In this document: piece after piece, positions 18,015 to 28,927 of the stretch
How the letters are laid out: the number at the start of each line of letters is the position of its first letter
Numbering within the stretch: position 1 is the first letter of the stretch
DNA from: Chlamydiota bacterium
GTDB taxonomy: Bacteria; Chlamydiota; Chlamydiia; Chlamydiales; VGMA01
DNA length: 39,237 bases
Direction of reading: 5' to 3'
Assembly: GCA_016866575.1 (NCBI GenBank)
Contig: VGMA01000002.1
Coordinates: 1 to 39,237, forward strand
The notes under the pieces: model-generated
What the model was told of the DNA's origin: nothing
Databases searched by the model: none
The model's input: only the letters and a program-made list of their open reading frames with translations
Made by a program: the position numbers and the translations under genes

Positions 18015-18101
18015 ACTATTCTCCTTTTGCCTGTGAAGAAAATAGTTATACATAGTTCTAAAATTAACTTAAAACTATTTTCAAAAAAGTTCTAAGTTGT
18101 C

Positions 18102-19331
18102 TTAAGAAAGGCTTTGTTGCTTAAGTGGATCTACTTCATTTGAAAAAAGACGCTTGAGCACCTCTTCAGGTATATCGAGATCTTCATTGATCGCAATTTT
18201 TTCTGCTTCTTTTAGGAGCTTTCCTAAAGATTTACCGGCTGCTATCCCTTTTTCAATGAGGTGATATGCTTTGACTACAGGTGTATTATTTTGAATACGC
18301 TCTACTGCTTTTTCTAAGCGCTTAGAGAGCTGATCTACATTTTCTTGCATATCGCTTTGAGATGCTATAAGCACCTCTTTAGCAACTTCAGCTTGTGGAT
18401 GTGCAAGTATATAAGCCCATGCATAAAGATCTTGCTTATCTGTGAATTTCATCTTTTCAAGCAATTCCATGAAATCCATCTCTTGTCTAGAGAGCTTTAA
18501 ATAGATGCAAAGTTCAAGCTTTTCTTCTTTAGAAGCCCGCGGGAAAAGCTCCATTAAAAAAGCTGAAATAGGGGCTTTTTTAGGAAATAGAGGAAAGTTT
18601 TTTACTCTAGATGCGATTTCAGATTCTGACACATTGTCTAATGATGGAAATATCACTTGCAAAAGTTGCAGTCTATAAAGTGTTACAATCCCCTCTTGAA
18701 GCCCATCAAATTTTTGCATTTTGACAAACTCTTGCACAATCCTTTCCATCGCGACGGCGGGGAAAAGCTCTTTGGCATGCGACAATATTGCAATGATCGT
18801 ATCAGGATCAATCGCAAAGCGGAATCTAGCTGCATAGCGCACAGCGCGTATCATTCTTAAGCGATCTTCTTGAAATCTTTCATGAGCATTACCAATTGCC
18901 CGAATGACCTCTTTTTTAAGATCTTCTTGCCCGCCAACAAAATCGTAAAGCTCTTCTTTTAAAGGGTCGTAAAACATCCCATTGACGGTAAAATCTCTTC
19001 TTTTTGCATCTTCATCAGGTCTTCCGCTTGTTACGCTATCAGGTCTTCTGCCATCTTTAAACCCCTCTTCTTTACGAAACATGGCCACTTCGTATTGCAG
19101 TCCATTTTCAACTACAATCACTATCCCGAAATTGATTCCGACAGGAATGGTTTTTGGAAAAAGCTGACAGATCACCTCAGTTGGAGCGTTTGTGACTATA
19201 TCAATATCGTCGCTGGGATGACCCATGAGAAAATCTCTCACCCACCCGCCGGCAAAATAGGCTGTAAACCCATGATCTACGAGTTTTTTAATAATCGCTA
19301 AAGCAGATACATAACAATCGTCCATATACAC
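18102..19331 (-). CDS. cca: tRNA nucleotidyltransferase (CCA-adding) / poly(A) polymerase family
   Basis: FAGGWVRDFLMGHPSDDIDIV nucleotidyltransferase head motif, plus RRDFTVNGMFYD and RMIRAVRYAARF. I cannot separate CCA-adding enzyme from PcnB by eye. Confidence 0.88.
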   Translation of the reverse strand: MYMDDCYVSALAIIKKLVDHGFTAYFAGGWVRDFLMGHPSDDIDIVTNAPTEVICQLFPKTIPVGINFGIVIVVENGLQYEVAMFRKEEGFKDGRRPDSVTSGRPDEDAKRRDFTVNGMFYDPLKEELYDFVGGQEDLKKEVIRAIGNAHERFQEDRLRMIRAVRYAARFRFAIDPDTIIAILSHAKELFPAVAMERIVQEFVKMQKFDGLQEGIVTLYRLQLLQVIFPSLDNVSESEIASRVKNFPLFPKKAPISAFLMELFPRASKEEKLELCIYLKLSRQEMDFMELLEKMKFTDKQDLYAWAYILAHPQAEVAKEVLIASQSDMQENVDQLSKRLEKAVERIQNNTPVVKAYHLIEKGIAAGKSLGKLLKEAEKIAINEDLDIPEEVLKRLFSNEVDPLKQQSLS

Positions 19332-19396
19332 TTAGGTTAACAAAATCAAAACACCCTTGTCTACACACGTTTATCAAGATCGTCTATTTATCCATT

Positions 19397-21256
19397 TTAT
19401 AGAATTTTCATCACCAAAAGGGTCATATCGTCATATTGATCTTCCCCTTTAGAAAAAGCTGATGTATCAGCGATAATTCGACTAAGCCAAGCTTTGCTAT
19501 TATCTTCTTTACCTTGCTCGATGAGTTTGATCAAACGCTCTTCTGTGTAGAGCTCTTTTTGGATATTGTGTGCATCTGTAATACCGTCTGTATAAAAGAA
19601 GATCACATCGCCTGGCTGTAGAGTCAGTGATTTGACTTCCACAGGAGGATTTTCTTCAACACCTAAAGCAATACCATGAGTAACAAGCTTTTCTATTGTT
19701 CCATCATTTCTTTTTAAAATGGGAGGATTGTGGCCGCAGCTAACGTATTCCAAAATTTTTGTCTGGTTGCTGTAACGGCAAATAAAAGCGGTAACGAAAC
19801 TGCCGCTCTCTTTTGTATCGATACAAAACATCTTGTTAGCCCCGAGCACGGTCTCTTTCAAAGACTTTTTTTGTTCGGTATAGGCTCTAATTAAGCTTCT
19901 TAAATCAAGAGCATAAAGACAAGCCATGATCCCTTTACCTGAGCCGTCAGCCACGGTAAGCTGCAAATTTTCTTCTTCTTGATTGATAAACCAGTCGTAA
20001 TAGTCTCCAGCAACTTCCTTAGCTGGGGAAAAATAGACACTAATATCTACAGGGCTAAAGCCCACTTCTTTTAGCGGCAAAATAGAATTTTGGATTTCAT
20101 GGGCGATTTGGAGCTCTTTGGCATAAGCTTCTTTAAACGCTCTTTCTACTTTAGCTTCTTCAATATATTTCCCAAGATCGATGCGCATCTCATTGAATGA
20201 AGATCCAAGTAAATTGATTTCAAATCCCATTTTGTCATAAACGTACTCTTTTTCTAAATCACCATGACCTACACTTTCCATCACATTTTTGAGCTGTTTT
20301 AAAGGCTTTGTCATCCTCAAGCTTAAAAGATATGAAGCTAAAGTCCCTATCACAAGAATAAAGAGCATCAATATGCTAAATCTTCTTAAGTAAAGATTGA
20401 ACTGCTTGATCAACTGCTTTTCTGGCAAACTGATCATTAAATACTCATTAGTGGCTGGTATATTAGAGTAAACTGCATATCTTTCTTGCCCTTTAGCAAA
20501 AAATTTATACCCTGCATATTCCTGATTTAAATTCTCGAATTTGATTGTTTCTTGAACTAAATCGGGATTGGTAGTTGCTAAAACACTAAAATCATTACCC
20601 AAAATCGAAAGGTGGGTTTCGCGCGTTGTTTTTAACCAAGATAGCTCCGTGATGAGTTGATCAAGAGCGATGCTTATCCCTAATATTCCACTAATTTCTT
20701 TAGTGCCGGGCTTATAGACAATGGTAAAGACAACCATGCTGTGGCCAAATAGAGGATCTGGACCAATGTAAACACGATCATACTCTTGCACTACTCTATG
20801 CAGATCGACATAGTCGTTGAATTTTCTGTTGAGATACTCTGGGAGGGTCGAGTGGATGCAATAGATGTCTCCATTTTCAAAGGTTTTGAGATAGAAAAGC
20901 GCCGTAATATTCTCACTTTGAGCAAATTGTAAAAAAATCGGACCGAGTTCTTCATCTGTAAACTGCGCTGATGTCTGCTCTCTTAATTCGATAATCTCTC
21001 TCATCGAGTAAAGATAATCGAGCTGGAAGCGCTCCATTTTTCTTAGATATTGGAGATGATCTGCCTGTACTATATTCAGACCTGTAAAAATATCTTTTAA
21101 CCTGCCGCGATACTCTCTTTCATAAATGAAATAGCTGTAAAAGATCAAAGGAACTACAATAAAGACAAAGCTTACGAGAAGTACTCTCATAGCAATAGAT
21201 CCTTGAAAAGCAGCAGCCCATTTTGTCGATGGTTTCTTAATGTCAGTAGGTCCCAT
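19397..21256 (-). CDS. rsbU: RsbU-type sensor PP2C serine phosphatase (N-terminal TM, periplasmic domain, second TM, HAMP, SpoIIE/PP2C)
   Basis: Two TM segments flank a domain of about 260 aa, followed by a HAMP-like linker (TKPLKQLKNVMESVGHGDL). The PP2C part has VAGDYYDW, TVADGSGKG, GHNPP and FFYTDGITD. The start is ambiguous: ATG 21256 overlaps the divergent trmH-like gene by 17 nt. ATG 21190 (MRVLLVSF) has an AAGGA sequence upstream. Confidence 0.88.
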   Translation of the reverse strand: MGPTDIKKPSTKWAAAFQGSIAMRVLLVSFVFIVVPLIFYSYFIYEREYRGRLKDIFTGLNIVQADHLQYLRKMERFQLDYLYSMREIIELREQTSAQFTDEELGPIFLQFAQSENITALFYLKTFENGDIYCIHSTLPEYLNRKFNDYVDLHRVVQEYDRVYIGPDPLFGHSMVVFTIVYKPGTKEISGILGISIALDQLITELSWLKTTRETHLSILGNDFSVLATTNPDLVQETIKFENLNQEYAGYKFFAKGQERYAVYSNIPATNEYLMISLPEKQLIKQFNLYLRRFSILMLFILVIGTLASYLLSLRMTKPLKQLKNVMESVGHGDLEKEYVYDKMGFEINLLGSSFNEMRIDLGKYIEEAKVERAFKEAYAKELQIAHEIQNSILPLKEVGFSPVDISVYFSPAKEVAGDYYDWFINQEEENLQLTVADGSGKGIMACLYALDLRSLIRAYTEQKKSLKETVLGANKMFCIDTKESGSFVTAFICRYSNQTKILEYVSCGHNPPILKRNDGTIEKLVTHGIALGVEENPPVEVKSLTLQPGDVIFFYTDGITDAHNIQKELYTEERLIKLIEQGKEDNSKAWLSRIIADTSAFSKGEDQYDDMTLLVMKIL

Positions 21257-21985
21257 AACAAGTCCTCATAATCCCTTAGTGAAGCATTTTGTCAAACTTC
21301 GCACAAGTAAAACTTATCGAGAAGAAAACAAAAGTGTCATCGTTGTCGGTAAAAGGATGATTAGCGAGCTTTCAGCTAAACTTCCCATCAAAAATCTTGT
21401 TCTGGCGGGGGCAGTTACGACAAATCTACGAGGATCAGAAAACGCCACCCGCGTTTCTAATAAAATTTTACAAAAAATGTCGGGCGTTATATCCCCTGAT
21501 GGCTACATCGCTGAGTTTGCTCTTCCCCCTTTTAAACCACTCACTTCGCTGAATGCAATAGCCATTTTTGATGGCCTGCAAGATCCGGGAAATATAGGGA
21601 CGCTCATCCGTTCAGCTCTTGCATTTGGTTTTGATGGCATCTACTTTATCGAAGGCTCATGCGACCCTTACAACGAAAAAGTAGTGAGCGCCTCAAAAGG
21701 AGCCATTTTCCATATCCAAATCGGCAAAGGAAGCTGGGAAGATTTTTTTGAAAAAGTGCAGCCTCTATCTTCTTATACGCTATACCGAGCAGATCTTGAA
21801 GGAGTCGATATCCACAAAGCCAAAATAGACAAGCCTTTTGCACTGATTTTGGGAAATGAAGGTGGTGGAATAAGCGCGATTGCTAAAGCGAGCTCCAAAG
21901 CTCTCACTATCCCTATTTCGTTAAATTGCGAATCTCTGAATGTCGCCGTAGCAGGAAGCATTTGCATGTACATGATGAGAGGCTT

Positions 21986-21989
<4 letters not shown>
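21240..21989 (+). CDS. SpoU/TrmH-family RNA 2'-O-methyltransferase
   Basis: ITSPHNPLVKHFVKL N-terminal region, then DGLQDPGNIGTLIRSA, LILGNEGGGIS and ESLNVAVAGSICMY, which are SpoU motifs 1-3. Confidence 0.88.
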
Positions 21990-24281
<2,292 letters not shown>

Positions 24282-24287
24282 AATTCG

Positions 24288-24326
24288 TCAGCAGATTCCT
24301 TTATCAGAATCTGCTGAACATTTTTT
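24288..24326 (+). terminator. Rho-independent terminator after eno (probably bidirectional)
   Basis: 11-bp perfect stem TCAGCAGATTC (24288-98) / GAATCTGCTGA (24307-17) with an 8-nt loop, followed by ACATTTTTT. It sits between convergent genes. Confidence 0.8.
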
Positions 24327-24333
24327 ATAAAAA

Positions 24334-25002
24334 CTATCTTACAAGGTCTTTAAATTCTACTAAGTTCCCTACCAGAAATTTTTCATCTTCTTCAATCAAA
24401 AACGCTTCTCTATAATCTTTGACAGCTTTTGTCACTTCACCATAGAGCTTAGTTTCTTCTTGAAGCTCTTTGACCTGCTGTCTTACATCTTCTACTTGCC
24501 TCATGATAGAAGGAAGTTTATCAATATCCTTGATATCAAAGCGCGCTTTGATAGTAGATAAGCTCAAATCAAGTTCTGACGAGCTTAGAGTCTCTATGTC
24601 TGAAGATGCACTCTTTGTCGTTACAGTTTCAAAAGATGATGCATCTAGAGACTGTGATTTTCTCTCTTGCTTGAACTCTTTTCTCTCTTTTTTAAACTTA
24701 TCGATAGATGAAGCTAGATTTGTTTGCTGATGCATATTTCGGCATGCACGAGAAAGCTGACTCAATTTTTTATCACTAAAACCTGAAGAAAGGGCGCTTA
24801 AATCCCTTGGATTGATATGTAGATTTGATACCTTGACAATCCTTTTATAAAGGGCTTCTTTACTTGAAGGCTTAGTGAAGGAAATGTTGTACTCTTTTGT
24901 TTTTGTATCATAGATCACTAAAGGCTTTTCCGGATGAGTAGATGCATGTTCAAAAGAGGCGATCATTGCATGAGCAAGAGATGGCGTAAGATTAATCGAC
25001 AT
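24334..25002 (-). CDS. hypothetical Ser-rich protein with C-terminal coiled-coil-like region (222 aa)
   Basis: A perfect AAGGAG lies upstream of ATG 25002. There is no TM segment or signal peptide and no recognised motif. The upstream spacer is AT-rich. Confidence 0.65.
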   Translation of the reverse strand: MSINLTPSLAHAMIASFEHASTHPEKPLVIYDTKTKEYNISFTKPSSKEALYKRIVKVSNLHINPRDLSALSSGFSDKKLSQLSRACRNMHQQTNLASSIDKFKKERKEFKQERKSQSLDASSFETVTTKSASSDIETLSSSELDLSLSTIKARFDIKDIDKLPSIMRQVEDVRQQVKELQEETKLYGEVTKAVKDYREAFLIEEDEKFLVGNLVEFKDLVR

Positions 25003-25141
25003 AATTCTCCTTTATTGACATGGACTAATTATATCAAAAAATATTTTAAAAATATACTAATTTAAAATATTGTTTATTACTTTTTATATTGACTTTTACT
25101 TAAAAATCGCAATGCTCAGCATTAGAACGCTATAGGATAGT

Positions 25142-25525
25142 ATGAAGAACCTCATCTCTATTTTCGGAGTAGCTGAGCATGGAAGTCTCTATGAACACAT
25201 CTCCGTTAAGTGCTTAAATGATCTTCTTTTAACGCTAGGACAGCCTCAAGATGGAAGCTTAGCTATTGAAATTGCAATCCAATCGCTACTTTATGAAAGG
25301 GAAGTTTTGTTTTATCGTGTTCAAGAAGAAGGATATGAAAGCGATGCTTACCTTAAAGGCCTCTATTCATTAAAAAATAAAAGCGGCAGCTTATTACCTT
25401 CTGCAATAGCGCTGCCAGGCGTGAGTAGTCAAGAAATCATCGATGAAGCGGTAATGATTTGCAAAAAGCAATCGTCATTTCTCATCATGAATCAAAAAGA
25501 TCTCTACGATTTTCTTACTCGTTAG
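25142..25525 (+). CDS. hypothetical small acidic protein (127 aa)
   Basis: An AGGA sequence lies upstream of the ATG. My count is about 16 acidic versus 11 basic residues. The 3' end overlaps the convergent ahpC by 11 nt. Confidence 0.55.
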   Translation: MKNLISIFGVAEHGSLYEHISVKCLNDLLLTLGQPQDGSLAIEIAIQSLLYEREVLFYRVQEEGYESDAYLKGLYSLKNKSGSLLPSAIALPGVSSQEIIDEAVMICKKQSSFLIMNQKDLYDFLTR

Positions 25526-26102
25526 AGAAAAAGTCTTTAACGCCATCAAAGCTTGGTTTCATCCCCTTTTCCCCTTCTCTCCAATCTGCAGGGCAAACTT
25601 CTCCGTTTCTTTCAAAAAAGATGAGCGCTTCTAAAGAACGAAGCTCTTCTTCAATGCTGCGTCCTATTGGCAAATCATTGATGGTCTGATGTCTTACGAT
25701 CCCTTGCTTATCAATCAAAAAGACACCACGATAAGCAATCCCTTCGTCTTGGCATAAAACGCCGTAATCTTTTGCTATGCTCTTTTGGATGTCAGAAACA
25801 ATAGGATATTCAACACCTAAAATCCCCCCCTGCTTTTTTGGCGTTGAAAGCCAAGCAAAGTGGGAAAAATGGCTATCGATAGAGCATGCAACCACACGGG
25901 CATTTCTTTTTTCAAACTCATGAAGCTTTGATTGGAAAGCGTGAAGCTCTGTTGGGCAAACAAAAGTGAAGTCTAGGGGATAGAAAAAAAAGATCACATA
26001 ATGACCTAAATAGTTTTCTAGAGAAAAATTCTCAATAACACGATCTTTTTGCACAGCTTTTGCACTGAAATGGGGAGCTTTTTTTCCTACTAAAGATGCC
26101 AT
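25515..26102 (-). CDS. ahpC: 2-Cys peroxiredoxin (AhpC/Tsa family)
   Basis: FFFYPLDFTFVCPTE holds the peroxidatic Cys. The resolving-Cys region is GEVCPADW. Confidence 0.95.
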   Translation of the reverse strand: MASLVGKKAPHFSAKAVQKDRVIENFSLENYLGHYVIFFFYPLDFTFVCPTELHAFQSKLHEFEKRNARVVACSIDSHFSHFAWLSTPKKQGGILGVEYPIVSDIQKSIAKDYGVLCQDEGIAYRGVFLIDKQGIVRHQTINDLPIGRSIEEELRSLEALIFFERNGEVCPADWREGEKGMKPSFDGVKDFFSNE

Positions 26103-26698
26103 TTTTTCTCTTCTCCTATAGTGGTTTTTTCACCATGTCCCGGATAAACAACGACCGGATCGGGCAAGGTGAGCAAGTATTTAACTGAAGCAATGATCTT
26201 TCTTTCATCTGCATTCATCGCATTTGTAGCCCCTCTACCCCTTTTAAAAAGGGTATCGCCTGAAAAAAGCACATGCTCTTTTTCAAAATAAAAACAAAGG
26301 CTTCCTGGAGAGTGGCCCGGCGTAGCAATCACCTTAAAGTAGATATCATCCAATTTAACCACATCCCCTTCTCTAATGAATCCATCGGGCTCCATTCCTT
26401 GCTTTTGGTAGAAATTCGGCAAGCCATCAAAACCAGGCCGGCGAAGATTTTCTGCATCTTCAGGACTTACATAGACAGGAAGGTCGATTTTTTGCTTGAT
26501 CACATCAACATCTGCGAAGTGGTCAAAGTGGGAGTGGGTTAGGTATATAGCTTGAATAGAGACGCCTCTTTTCTCCGCAAGGAGCAAAAGCTCATCTGCG
26601 CTGCCATGACCCGGATCGATGATAATAGCGCGAGAAAGACCACCTACGAGATAGGCATTTGTCTTCCATTCGCCTGCGATTACTCTTTCTATGAACAT
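26090..26698 (-). CDS. metallo-beta-lactamase-fold hydrolase (glyoxalase II-like)
   Basis: LTHSHFDHF (HxHxDH motif), ATPGHSPGS and GDTLF. The ORF-track start at 26704 is a GTG inside the tRNA, so ATG 26698 is used. 13-nt overlap with ahpC. Confidence 0.85.
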   Translation of the reverse strand: MFIERVIAGEWKTNAYLVGGLSRAIIIDPGHGSADELLLLAEKRGVSIQAIYLTHSHFDHFADVDVIKQKIDLPVYVSPEDAENLRRPGFDGLPNFYQKQGMEPDGFIREGDVVKLDDIYFKVIATPGHSPGSLCFYFEKEHVLFSGDTLFKRGRGATNAMNADERKIIASVKYLLTLPDPVVVYPGHGEKTTIGEEKKWHL

Positions 26699-26699
26699 T

Positions 26700-26773
26700 T
26701 GCACTGGAGAGGATTCGAACCTCTGACCTCTCGGTTCGTAGCCGAGTGCTCTATCCAGCTGAGCTACCAGTGC
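26700..26773 (-). tRNA. tRNA-Arg (anticodon ACG), no encoded 3' CCA
   Basis: I folded it by hand. Acceptor GCACTGG/CCAGTGC and D arm GCTC-AGCTGGATA-GAGC. Anticodon arm CTCGG-CTACGAA-CCGAG. Variable loop AGGTC, T arm AGAGG-TTCGAAT-CCTCT and discriminator A. Total 74 nt. Confidence 0.93.
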
Positions 26774-26930
26774 ATAATAGGGACATATTCTCTAAAAGAA
26801 AGTCTTTTAGATCAAGAAGAATCTTCTTGTTAAGATTTTTTTTAAACTACTTAAAGCTTATTTAATTAAAACTATTGAATCATTTTGTTTTTTAGTTTAT
26901 AATATTATAGTTTTTAATAGTTGTATAATA

Positions 26931-27155
26931 ATGAAAAGCGCTGACAATGAATTAAATTTGATTTTTGGCGAAAAAAGCAAAAATAATAGGGGCCACCCCC
27001 TAAAAAAAAGCTATTTGCGCCTCAGCGATCTATTTTTATACCGAGGAAAGGATCAGCCAGATATTGATCTTCTTCAGAGCGATCAAAAAGAAGAGCGTAT
27101 TATGACTGAACGAGAGCTTCTCTTAATAGAACGTTTAACCATAGGTCCTATATGA
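26931..27155 (+). CDS. small hypothetical ORF (74 aa) translationally coupled to the downstream gene
   Basis: ATGA overlap with ORF 27152. There is no Shine-Dalgarno sequence, and the ATG sits 2 nt after a TATAAT hexamer, so whether it codes for protein is uncertain. Confidence 0.35.
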   Translation: MKSADNELNLIFGEKSKNNRGHPLKKSYLRLSDLFLYRGKDQPDIDLLQSDQKEERIMTERELLLIERLTIGPI

Positions 27156-28918
27156 CACCCGTAGATCGTAATATTGAGATCATCAGCCAGTATTCTTTAG
27201 AGGACCTGCCTAATATCTGTATCGACAAAGAAGGCAACTTTAATAAGCCTGATACAGCCAAAATGACACGATACGAAAAAATCGCTGCTGCGATTTCCTA
27301 TTGGATGGGAGCGCAATCTGAAAAGCGTTTCGCTCAACATACGTTAAACTTCTTAGAAAAAGATGGATTTAAAAAGTACCTAGCTGAAAAAAAACCTAGT
27401 GAAAAAATCTTTATCGCTACAAATCTGATAACAGCCCTTGGCAAGATTGAAGCAAGTCTTATTACTAAAAAAAATCAGCTTGAAGCAAAAGCAAATCAAA
27501 AAACCAATCCTTTCATAAAGTTCTTTTTCTCCCCTTCACAAAAGACAATTCAAGAATATGAAGATTTAACAACAAGAATTCATACATTAATATCAAGGCT
27601 CGAAGTTGAAAAAACCCAAGCGGAAGTAGAAAATTTGAGCCCTGGTCACTTAGCTAAAATTTTAGGGTTCACACAAGAGATCTATAATCAGTTAGGTTCT
27701 TATGAAAAAGCTAGCGAATTAGATCCTGAAACTTGCCAAAAATACGCAACACAAGAACAAAAAAAGGCAATAACTAACGCCTGCAATGATCATTTAAAAA
27801 CCATATTTTCGCAAACACGTGTCCATCTAGAAGAGATGGTTACAAAAGAAGAATATGATGCGTGTAAATATTCGGTTCTTCAAGAAAAAAAAGACCATTT
27901 GCAAAAATTAAGCTATCACAGTTACGCAAAAATCATCGGATTTGATCAAGAAATTCTAAGAAATTTTACACCAAATCCAAGAGAAGAATGTAGAGGAATA
28001 GAAAAAGAATTCGCGTTAGAGCATGCAACTACTTCTCAAAAAGATACAATAAAACAAGCATGTATTGAATCTTTAAAAGCTCTATTTTCTGATACAACAG
28101 TTGATTTGCAATCAGAGAATTTAGTGACTCCTGAAGACTTTCAAAAGGTTAAACAAGAGTGCTTAAAAAAAAGAAATCCACCGATATATGAGGCAAATCT
28201 TTTAGCACAAGAAACCTATAAAGCTGTGATGCAAAACATTCCTGATGCTAAATTTAAAGAAGATGAGCCTAGACTTACGGATGGGCAGAAAAAAGCAAGA
28301 TTCAATCAAGATGTCTTGATTGCACTAATAGAAAAATTTGGCTCCCAAGCACATGATTTCATAAAAAGTAAAATAGTTATCGATAGCTATATACAAATCA
28401 ATCATCAAGGAAATTGCCCGCTGATTACTAAAGATCTTTTTCTTGAACTTTACCGTACATGCAGGGAGCTAAGTAAAACAAGAAAACTTGAAGATTGTGA
28501 TCTAGAAAATGTTGAAGCGCTTATAGGTACACTAAACCTACCCCCGCTCCCTGAAAATATTGATAAAGAAGAAGACATCGTTGAAAAAAGCACATCCTAT
28601 TTTCCATCAATGAGAGAGGCCCTATCAACTATTAAGCAAGGTATGAAAAAGACTTCTGAAACAATCGAAAATCAAACCTCAACTATCTCTTTTTGTGCAA
28701 AATTGAAAGCTAGCGCACTAGTTAAGACTTCTTTCACTCCTTATTTGCCAAAACTTTATTCATCAAAAAAAGCGGGACCTACTGTAGCTTTGCCTGAGCC
28801 GGCTCGATTAGAGACAACTCCTCCCACTGTTCCTGCTGATCCAAATTCATACTGGTCATCACAAGAAGAATGGGAAGAGTTTGTTAAAAAGGTGAATAGG
28901 GAAAATCAAAATTGGTAG
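27152..28918 (+). CDS. hypothetical 588-aa protein with internal tandem repeat; no TM segment or signal peptide
   Basis: Long ORF after a very AT-rich spacer. No enzyme motif recognised. The C-terminus is Pro-rich (LPEPARLETTPPTVPADP). Confidence 0.75.
   Translation: MTPVDRNIEIISQYSLEDLPNICIDKEGNFNKPDTAKMTRYEKIAAAISYWMGAQSEKRFAQHTLNFLEKDGFKKYLAEKKPSEKIFIATNLITALGKIEASLITKKNQLEAKANQKTNPFIKFFFSPSQKTIQEYEDLTTRIHTLISRLEVEKTQAEVENLSPGHLAKILGFTQEIYNQLGSYEKASELDPETCQKYATQEQKKAITNACNDHLKTIFSQTRVHLEEMVTKEEYDACKYSVLQEKKDHLQKLSYHSYAKIIGFDQEILRNFTPNPREECRGIEKEFALEHATTSQKDTIKQACIESLKALFSDTTVDLQSENLVTPEDFQKVKQECLKKRNPPIYEANLLAQETYKAVMQNIPDAKFKEDEPRLTDGQKKARFNQDVLIALIEKFGSQAHDFIKSKIVIDSYIQINHQGNCPLITKDLFLELYRTCRELSKTRKLEDCDLENVEALIGTLNLPPLPENIDKEEDIVEKSTSYFPSMREALSTIKQGMKKTSETIENQTSTISFCAKLKASALVKTSFTPYLPKLYSSKKAGPTVALPEPARLETTPPTVPADPNSYWSSQEEWEEFVKKVNRENQNW
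27635..28180 (+). repeat. two in-frame tandem copies of a 91-aa (273-nt) unit inside ORF 27152..28918
   Basis: Unit 1 (aa 162-252) reads LSPGHLAKILGFTQEIY...QKKAITNACNDHLKTIFSQTRVHL...VTKEEY. Unit 2 (aa 253-343) reads LSYHSYAKIIGFDQEIL...QKDTIKQACIESLKALFSDTTVDL...VTPEDF. By eye they are about 30% identical. Confidence 0.75.
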
Positions 28919-28927
28919 ATGTAAAAA

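Noticed and set aside
18055-18095. Direct repeat AGTTCTAA (18055-62 and 18088-95) in the spacer between the secreted-protein gene and cca.
   Set aside because: An 8-nt AT-rich repeat is expected by chance in an AT-rich spacer, and there is no further structure.
25142-25525. The 127-aa protein briefly looked like a fragment of a phage tail-sheath or contractile-injection protein.
   Set aside because: I could not match the characteristic sheath motifs, and there are no neighbouring tube, baseplate or other phage genes. It is kept only as a small acidic hypothetical protein.
26700-26930. tRNA-Arg as a possible integration site for a genomic island (downstream orphan genes at 26931-28918).
   Set aside because: I could find no integrase or recombinase and no direct repeat of the tRNA 3' end. 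The orphan genes lie on the 5' side of the tRNA, not its 3' end.
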